From contig CAWBHS010000028.1 of the NCBI GenBank assembly GCA_963788655.1, positions 1-12,051 of the forward strand: a DNA stretch of 12,051 nucleotides, written 5' to 3'. Positions 6,342 through 12,051 of the stretch are shown here, piece by piece; position 1 is the stretch's first letter, and the number at the start of each line of letters is the position of its first letter. The notes under the pieces were generated by a model. That model was not told where the DNA came from and ran no database searches. It worked only from the letters and a program-made list of their open reading frames with translations. Source of the stretch: an uncultured Verrucomicrobiae bacterium (GTDB taxonomy: Bacteria; Verrucomicrobiota; Verrucomicrobiia; Limisphaerales; JAFGQR01). A program made the position numbers and the translations under genes.

Positions 6342-9212
6342 TCAGCCCAGCGCCTCCGCCGGGCCTTTCCAGACCAAGCGGACGGCGTCCAGGCGCACCC
6401 GGGCCTCTTGAATGGCTTTGGCCAACTCCTGCCGCTGGTGTTCGGCCAGTTCGATTTCCTGCGGCCGGATGTGGTGGTTGACCTTCTGCAAAGTTTGAAG
6501 ACGGTTGATTTCGTGATCCAGCACGTGCGTCATGGCCTGGAGTCGCTGACTTACGATGGTGCGGGCGCGTTTTTCGGCGATCTTGTGCGAGGCTCGCACC
6601 ATACCCGGCAGGACATTTTGCGTGACGTCGGGATTGTCGATGAGCTTGTAGGGGCTGCCTTTTTGCAGTTGTTTCGCGAACGTCTCCGGCGGATGGCTCT
6701 CCGTCACGTCAGAACGTTTATGATCCACCACCAGACGCAACGGTGTGGCCGGGAGGAAACGGTCCACGTGCAAATGGCCGGCGGCCACCGTCTCGAGCAC
6801 AAAGGAAGTTTCCAGCAACAGCGTGCGGTCTTCGGGATCGGGCCAAACGGCGAAACTGGTGTTGCCTTTGTCCCCGCCCAGAATGAGATCGATGGCACCG
6901 GTGACCATCGGATGGTCCCAGCTTAGAAAGCCCACGTCCTCGCGGCCCAGCGCCCGCTGCCGGTCAAACGTGGCCACCATGCCCTCCTCCGGGATGGAGG
7001 GAAACGCTTCCGTAATCACCCCTTGAGCATGCAACTGGTAGGTGCGCGGCGCCAACTCTTCGAGATGCACGCCGAAATGATCGAAGACGTCCAACATGAA
7101 CTTTTCGAGGTGTTCATCGGTATCTTCCTGGCGAATGGCCGTTACCAGGCTTTCGGCGATTTCCGGCCGGAAGGAATTCATTTCCAGCAAACGGTCGCGT
7201 CCTTGTTCGAGTCGCTTCATCAAAGCGGTCCGTGCTTTCTTGGTGGCGGCCAGTAGCTCCTTCAATTCCGCCGCATGGTCCGCCGCGGAGGCGACGGGGA
7301 ATTCCAGCGCCAGATCATGGACCTGCCGGCCGAATTGATGCAGCAGTTCGTTGCCGCCTTCCAGATTGTGCTCGTAGGCGTTCAAGCCTTCGTGATACCA
7401 GCGCGCCAGCACTTCCTGCGGACTGCCGGCCAGGTACGGAACATGAATATGGATTTCCTCGCGCTGGCCAATCCGGTCCAGGCGTCCGATGCGCTGCTCG
7501 AGCAACTCCGGATTCAGCGGCAGGTCAAACAGCACCAGGTGATGGGCAAATTGAAAGTTGCGTCCCTCACTGCCAATCTCGGAACAGATCAACAACCGCG
7601 CGCCTTCCTCCTCGGCGAACCAAGCCGCGTTGCGGTCGCGTTGCAACAGCGTCAAACCTTCATGGAAAATTCCGGCCTTGAGGTTGATTTGCAGCCGCAG
7701 CGCATGATCGAGGGCCACCGCTTTCTCGGGACTGCGGCAAATGAGCAACACTTTCTGCGGAGCCAGCTTTTGCAGCAGTCCCGCCAGCCAACTGACGCGC
7801 GGATCTTTTTCGAGGTCCAAAGGCGTTTGCAGCGTGGTATCCCCGGCATCGACGGCGAACTCGGTGGAAACCCGGTCAATCCATTCCGCGTGATTGGCGC
7901 GCACGTTCAACGGAGCCAGGTGAACCGTTCGCCGCGGAAAACCGCTCATGGCGGCACGCGTGTTGCGGAAGACGACCCGGCCCGGCCCGTGAAAATCCAG
8001 AAGGTCCGCGATCAATTGCTTGCGGTTGGCCGAATCGCCTTTGCCCAGTGCGTCCAATTTGGTGAGCCAGGTTTCTGCCTCGGCGGGAAAGAGTTTTTCC
8101 AAGGCCGCGCGGTCCTTTTTGAGCACCCGCTTTCCGGCTTGAAGTTTCTCCACAACCCCCGCCAGCGCCTGGTATTTACCGGATTCGCTCTTAAACGTTT
8201 CAAAGTCGCTGTAGCGATCCGGGTCCAATAAGCGCAGCCGGGCAAAATGGCTTTCGGGTCCCAATTGCTCGGGCGTGGCGGTCAGCAGCAGGAGCCCGTC
8301 GGCCTGGCGGCTCAGCGCTTCAACCAGGGCGTATTCCGGGCTTACGCGCTCCGGCGCCCATTCCAAGTGATGGGCCTCATCGACGACGAGCACGTCCCAA
8401 CCGGCTGCTTGCGCCTGTTCTGCCCGTCGAGGAGACGCTGCCAGGAAATCCAGGCTGCACAAAACGAGTTGATCGTCCAGAAACGGATTGGCCTCGGGAT
8501 TGCCGGCTTCGATGGCGGCGCAACGTTCCTCGTCAAAAATGTGCAGCCAGACGTTGAACTTCCGGAGCATTTCCACGAACCACTGATGCACCAGGGTTTC
8601 CGGCACCAGGATCAGGATGCGGGCCGCGCGGCCACTGAGCAGCAGCCGGTGCAAAATGAGGCAGGCTTCGATGGTTTTACCGAGGCCCACCTCGTCGGAG
8701 AGCAATACCCGCGGAGCCTGCCGCGAACTGACCTCATGGGCGATATAAAGCTGATGCGGGATCAAATCGATGCGCCCGCCCACAAATCCGCGCACCGCCG
8801 ATTTGCGCCGGTGATGCTGGTATTGGAGCGTCCGGCAGCGCAACGCGAAGTCCGTCGCGTCATCGATCTGGCCGTTGAGCAACCGGTCCTCGGGGCGATG
8901 AAAGCTGATGCGGTCGCTCAATTGGGCTTCGGCGATCTCCGTGCCCTTTCCGGCGTAAATAATCAGCCCGTCCTCCTCCCGTACGGTTTCCACGACCAAA
9001 GTCTGGTCGTCATGGGTCTTAATGGTGTCGCCTTCCCGGAAGCGCACCCGCTTCAGCGGCGCGTGCTCGGTGGCATATTGGCGGAGTTCGCCGGTCGCCG
9101 GGAACAAAATGTGTACCCGGTTTTCACCCATCTGGACCACTGTGCCCAAACCCAGTTCGGGTTCGGACTCACTGATCCAACGCTGCCCTTTTCGAAAATC
9201 ATTGGTATCCAT
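6342..9212 (-). CDS. rapA: RNA polymerase-associated Swi2/Snf2 ATPase RapA (HepA)
   Basis: GQRWISESEPELGLGTV N-terminus, LLSDEVGLGKTIEA, VVDEAHH, LLLTATPEQLG, CSEIGSEGRNFQFA, EQRIGRLDRIGQ, FLSWDHPMV. 956 aa and intact. Confidence 0.96.
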   Translation of the reverse strand: MDTNDFRKGQRWISESEPELGLGTVVQMGENRVHILFPATGELRQYATEHAPLKRVRFREGDTIKTHDDQTLVVETVREEDGLIIYAGKGTEIAEAQLSDRISFHRPEDRLLNGQIDDATDFALRCRTLQYQHHRRKSAVRGFVGGRIDLIPHQLYIAHEVSSRQAPRVLLSDEVGLGKTIEACLILHRLLLSGRAARILILVPETLVHQWFVEMLRKFNVWLHIFDEERCAAIEAGNPEANPFLDDQLVLCSLDFLAASPRRAEQAQAAGWDVLVVDEAHHLEWAPERVSPEYALVEALSRQADGLLLLTATPEQLGPESHFARLRLLDPDRYSDFETFKSESGKYQALAGVVEKLQAGKRVLKKDRAALEKLFPAEAETWLTKLDALGKGDSANRKQLIADLLDFHGPGRVVFRNTRAAMSGFPRRTVHLAPLNVRANHAEWIDRVSTEFAVDAGDTTLQTPLDLEKDPRVSWLAGLLQKLAPQKVLLICRSPEKAVALDHALRLQINLKAGIFHEGLTLLQRDRNAAWFAEEEGARLLICSEIGSEGRNFQFAHHLVLFDLPLNPELLEQRIGRLDRIGQREEIHIHVPYLAGSPQEVLARWYHEGLNAYEHNLEGGNELLHQFGRQVHDLALEFPVASAADHAAELKELLAATKKARTALMKRLEQGRDRLLEMNSFRPEIAESLVTAIRQEDTDEHLEKFMLDVFDHFGVHLEELAPRTYQLHAQGVITEAFPSIPEEGMVATFDRQRALGREDVGFLSWDHPMVTGAIDLILGGDKGNTSFAVWPDPEDRTLLLETSFVLETVAAGHLHVDRFLPATPLRLVVDHKRSDVTESHPPETFAKQLQKGSPYKLIDNPDVTQNVLPGMVRASHKIAEKRARTIVSQRLQAMTHVLDHEINRLQTLQKVNHHIRPQEIELAEHQRQELAKAIQEARVRLDAVRLVWKGPAEALG

Positions 9213-9294
9213 CGATCGTACGACGTTTCAAACATAGCATGCCCGCAGGCTGGACGGATTGCAATTCTTGGGGCGGCAATGGAGTGCCGGGCGG

Positions 9295-9318
9295 GTTGAA
9301 AGGTTTAAGAGTTGAAGA
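9295..9318. repeat. Three tandem GTTGAAGN-type octamers (same unit as 1740-1771)
   Basis: gttgaaag gtttaaga gttgaaga, in the intergenic region upstream of rapA. Confidence 0.5.
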
Positions 9319-9401
9319 GGCAGATTGTTGGGCGGGATGGAAGCGGTCTTTGGCCTGTTAGTCCTTCGTCTGTTTGGGCGCAATCGTCGGCGATCCAAGT
9401 C

Positions 9402-9626
9402 TCATCTGGCAGCCTTTCTCGGCCGGTCGCCAGAAACCATCTGATAAACACGGAAGCCCGCTACAACACCAACAACACTGCCTGGAATCACCGCCCAATG
9501 CACCCCCAGAAACTTGCCTCCAGCGCCAGGGAATATCGCGTGAACCACGAGGACAATGAGGGCAGCAACGGCAATCCAAACGATTATGAAGCCGACCAGA
9601 CCGAGAATGAAGCGCATGATTTTCAT
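9402..9626 (-). CDS. Small hypothetical membrane protein (74 aa, 2 predicted TM helices)
   Basis: MKIMRFILGLVGFIIVWIAVAALIVLVVHAIFPG...WAVIPGSVVGVVAGFRVYQMVSGDRPRKAAR: two hydrophobic helices with basic N- and C-termini (positive-inside rule). ATG at 9626, alternative 9617. Confidence 0.7.
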   Translation of the reverse strand: MKIMRFILGLVGFIIVWIAVAALIVLVVHAIFPGAGGKFLGVHWAVIPGSVVGVVAGFRVYQMVSGDRPRKAAR

Positions 9627-9990
9627 GTCACGCCAAACGCTGTTCAGGCGTACCAACGAATGGGATACCCGAACTAGGCAGAAAAAAGGTGCCGTTTACC
9701 CTGATAGGCAGAAAAGTATTTTCCATAACCAGTGCAGAGAAAAGAATTCTGCCAGCAGTGTCAAATCTGAATTGAGCGCGTTGGGGCCCGCGTTTCCGAA
9801 GCTTCCGCCGGTTTTCGGCACCTTTACAACTCCGAGTGTTTTTCGGCCGTCGCCAGTGCCTTGGTTGAGCCGACGGTTTGTCTCCCGGCGTGCGTCCGAG
9901 AGGTAGGGGCAGCTTGGTGGGGAGCAGCATTGGGGTGCGGTCGTTCGGAACTCAGGTTTGGATCGGCCGCAGCTTCGTGACTGCCCCGTC

Positions 9991-10039
9991 TTTTATTTTA
10001 TTTCCAGGTATTCCGCCGGTGCTTAAGCTTGGCGCCATG
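9991..10039 (+). promoter_or_regulatory. Putative sigma70-type promoter giving a leaderless or near-leaderless mRNA for DUF3891-trmJ
   Basis: AT-rich tract 9991-10000, TTTCCA (10001-10006), 17 nt, TAAGCT (10024-10029), 7 nt, ATG 10037. No Shine-Dalgarno sequence. Confidence 0.4.
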
Positions 10040-10819
10040 GTCCATCGCGAAAATCCGGGCGGTTTAATAGTGATCAGTCAGCCGGCCCATTCCTGGGTGG
10101 CGGGTCAACTGGCGAGCCAATGGGGCAACGCCGAGTTTGGAAGCTTTGCTCCGTTCGCCGAGGTTTGCCTGGCGGCCGAGCAACACGATATGGGTTTTTG
10201 GGAGTGGGAACGAAAACCCACGCTGGATGCGGCCACCGGGCGGCCCCATCCGTTCACCAGCATGCCCACGCGTCCACACTTGGAATTATGGTCGGCGAGC
10301 GTGGCTGAGTTGCAGGCCTATAGCCGGTATGCGGCCCTGCTCGCTTCTTTGCACGTGACGCACCTGTGCCAGAACAACAAGGTGACCCACAATCCCCGCG
10401 ACGCGCAGGCGCTGCAGGATTTTCTGGACCAACAGCACGCCATTCAGTCGGCCTTGCGGTCCGACTTGCGCCAGGACCCGGCTTACGCCGATGGGCTCAC
10501 GGCGGCGGGCCTCGAACGCAACTGCCAACTCCTGGCGGTTTGGGACTGGCTGTCCTTGATCAGTTGCATGGGTCGTGCCGGTGAGCAAGTGATTGAGAGA
10601 GTCCCCACCGCCCAAGGATTGGCTGCGCTGAAAATTCAATTGTCCCCCAACGACCGCGTCCGAATGACCGTGTCGCCCTGGCCGTTTCAAACCGGACAGG
10701 TCAACCTGGTCTGCGACGGCCGGCAGTTGCCGCAGACCTTTACCGACCAAAACGAGATGCGCACGAAACTGCGGGAAGCACCGGTCGTCACGGTGCGTAT
10801 GACGTTACGCTCGGCGTAA
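10037..10819 (+). CDS. DUF3891 family protein (HD-like putative metal-dependent hydrolase), 260 aa
   Basis: MVHRE..GLIVISQPAHSWVAGQLASQWGN, AAEQHDMGFWEWE..P.LD..TGRP..F, YAALLASLH, LLAVWDWLSL, VSPWPF match my recollection of the DUF3891 pattern. Start is ATG 10037 rather than the track's 9878. Confidence 0.8.
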   Translation: MVHRENPGGLIVISQPAHSWVAGQLASQWGNAEFGSFAPFAEVCLAAEQHDMGFWEWERKPTLDAATGRPHPFTSMPTRPHLELWSASVAELQAYSRYAALLASLHVTHLCQNNKVTHNPRDAQALQDFLDQQHAIQSALRSDLRQDPAYADGLTAAGLERNCQLLAVWDWLSLISCMGRAGEQVIERVPTAQGLAALKIQLSPNDRVRMTVSPWPFQTGQVNLVCDGRQLPQTFTDQNEMRTKLREAPVVTVRMTLRSA

Positions 10820-11557
10820 TGGGAATAGCCCGAAATAACGTCTGCGTGGTGCTCGTTGAGCCGACGTTACCGCAGAATGTGGGTTCGGTGGCGCGGGCCA
10901 TGAATAACATGGGGGTGAACGATTTGCGGTTGGTCAATCCGTGCACTTTCCAAAACCGCGAAGCTCGCCAAACGGCGGCCCACTCGTTGAAGATCTTGAG
11001 GAACGCCAAAGTCTATGCCTCGTTGACCGAGGCCGTGCCAAACGTCCAACTGATCCTCGGCACCACCGCCCGTCTCCGGGATCGAAGCGCTCGCATCACC
11101 CGCCTTCCCGAACTCGGGAACTTGATTCCGGAAACCGTCCGCAAAATTGCCTTGGTATTTGGCCGGGAAAGCCGTGGCCTCACCAATGCGGAAGATCTCG
11201 GTTTGCAGTGCGTTGGTCCACATTCCCACCTACGGTGAAAGCCGTTCGCTAAACCTGGCGCAGGCAGTGATGGTAACGCTCTACGAACTCTCAAAGCTCT
11301 ACACCGCGCCGACTCGCTCGCCGGCGAAACAAACGCCACCGGCCAAATCCAAGGATGTCGAAGGTTTGAAACAGCATTTGTATCACGTATTGCAGGAAGT
11401 CCAGTACCTGCGGAAGAACCAGGAGGAATCCATCCGGAGCAGTTTCGCCGATTTGATTGGTCGCGCCCGGCTGACGGACTTGGACGTGCGCATGCTCCGC
11501 GGTTTTTTTCATCGGATCGAAGTCACGGTGCAACGCTTCAGGAAAGGCCTGAACTAA
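10819..11557 (+). CDS. trmJ: TrmJ/LasT-family SPOUT RNA 2'-O-methyltransferase; one +1 frameshift at about 11193 (245 aa corrected)
   Basis: VVLVEPTLPQNVGSVARAMNNMG, LRLVNP, ILGTTAR, LVFGRESRGLTNAE | ISVCSALVHIPT...SLNLAQAVMVTLYEL, C-terminal helical RARLTDLDVRMLRGFF. TAATG stop/start overlap with DUF3891. Confidence 0.88.
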
Positions 11558-11574
11558 AGTCGGCCTTTGTCTGT
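11543..11574 (+). terminator. Possible weak intrinsic terminator overlapping the trmJ stop
   Basis: AAAGGCC (11543-11549) / GGCCTTT (11562-11568) stem with only a short T-rich tail. Confidence 0.25.
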
Positions 11575-11776
11575 AATGCGATGCTTGGGCCCGTGAGGTC
11601 CACTCAATTACAGAAGCTTCCATGGCTCACCGCCATCGTTTCGTTGCCAACAAACCATGCGAATGACCGCCCGGTCTTGGAGCTTTTGGACGCCTTAACG
11701 TCAACGAAAGCGGGCGCAAATTTGAACCCTTCAAACGCGGCGCGCGGTTTGGCAGGGCCAGTAGTTGGCCCAGGCG

Positions 11777-11887
11777 ATGAACACTGTCCAACTCCGCCGA
11801 TTGGAGCAGACCCTGGCCGCCATTGCGGTGTATCAGGCGGAACAAGGCGACGCCACATCCGGTATCTGGCATCCGCGAATCCGGTAG
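11777..11887 (+). CDS. Possible small protein (36 aa) MNTVQLRRLEQTLAAIAVYQAEQGDATSGIWHPRIR
   Basis: ATG start, GC-rich third codon positions like the real genes, amphipathic-helix-like N-terminal half. It is below the ORF-track length cutoff and I recognise no homology. Confidence 0.25.
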   Translation: MNTVQLRRLEQTLAAIAVYQAEQGDATSGIWHPRIR

Positions 11888-12051
11888 CGAATAACAGCAC
11901 CCCTGCGCTGCTCCGCGCTTTTACTTCGGAACAAATGGACCGTTCCCCTGTCCAATTACCGAAAAATGGCCCAATCAAGGCCGGCAGAAAAAACTCGCCA
12001 AACGCGGGAATTGGTGACAATTTTCCGTCCAACGAGATAAAGAAGCCATGA

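Noticed and set aside
6318..9299. Long + strand ORFs (6318-6926, 7275-8231, 8247-9299)
   Set aside because: These are antisense shadow ORFs of rapA, expected in GC-rich DNA, with no recognisable motifs.
9312..9930. ORFs 9312-9677, 9556-9906 and 9628-9930
   Set aside because: They are antisense to the 2-TM gene or span structured intergenic DNA, and lack protein-like features.
9806..9990. Assignment to c-di-GMP-I, c-di-AMP (ydaO), ZTP (pfl), SRP, 6S, tRNA or tmRNA
   Set aside because: Only short word-level resemblances were found (ACAAACC...GG, CCGTCGGCTCAACC, TTCGTGACTG, CCCCACCA). The other required conserved elements are missing.
11185..11200. trmJ as a split gene or pseudogene
   Set aside because: There is a single +1 insertion (gaagatc) of the same type seen in pyrG, and both halves are undegraded, so it is likely a sequencing error.
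11581..12051. ORFs 11581-12051 (+), 11604-12032 (-) and 11627-11872 (-)
   Set aside because: They overlap each other, have shadow-like composition and show no recognisable family, so none can be supported as the real gene.

Overview
GC-rich bacterial chromosomal window made up mostly of housekeeping genes. The lineage is inferred to be Verrucomicrobiota (Pedosphaera/Limisphaera-like) from a C-terminal 'RFYRV' domain, a PEP-CTERM relic and a Cys-less GmhB. Gene order: truncated PEP-CTERM fragment (-); gmhB-kdsB-pyrG-folC-secreted phosphoesterase (+); rapA and a small 2-TM protein (-); DUF3891-trmJ/lasT-like methyltransferase (+); then an unresolved 3' end. kdsB, pyrG and the TrmJ-like gene are broken by about 20 single-base indels, mostly +1 insertions with no nonsense decay, which looks like read or consensus error rather than biology. 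The most notable non-coding signals are a 151-bp inverted-repeat element between pyrG and folC, an inverted GTTGAAGN octamer array before pyrG that recurs before rapA, and a highly structured ~400-bp intergenic region (9630-10036) with switch-like alternative pairings. I found no CRISPR array, tRNA, rRNA or transposase, and no clear-cut new multi-gene system.
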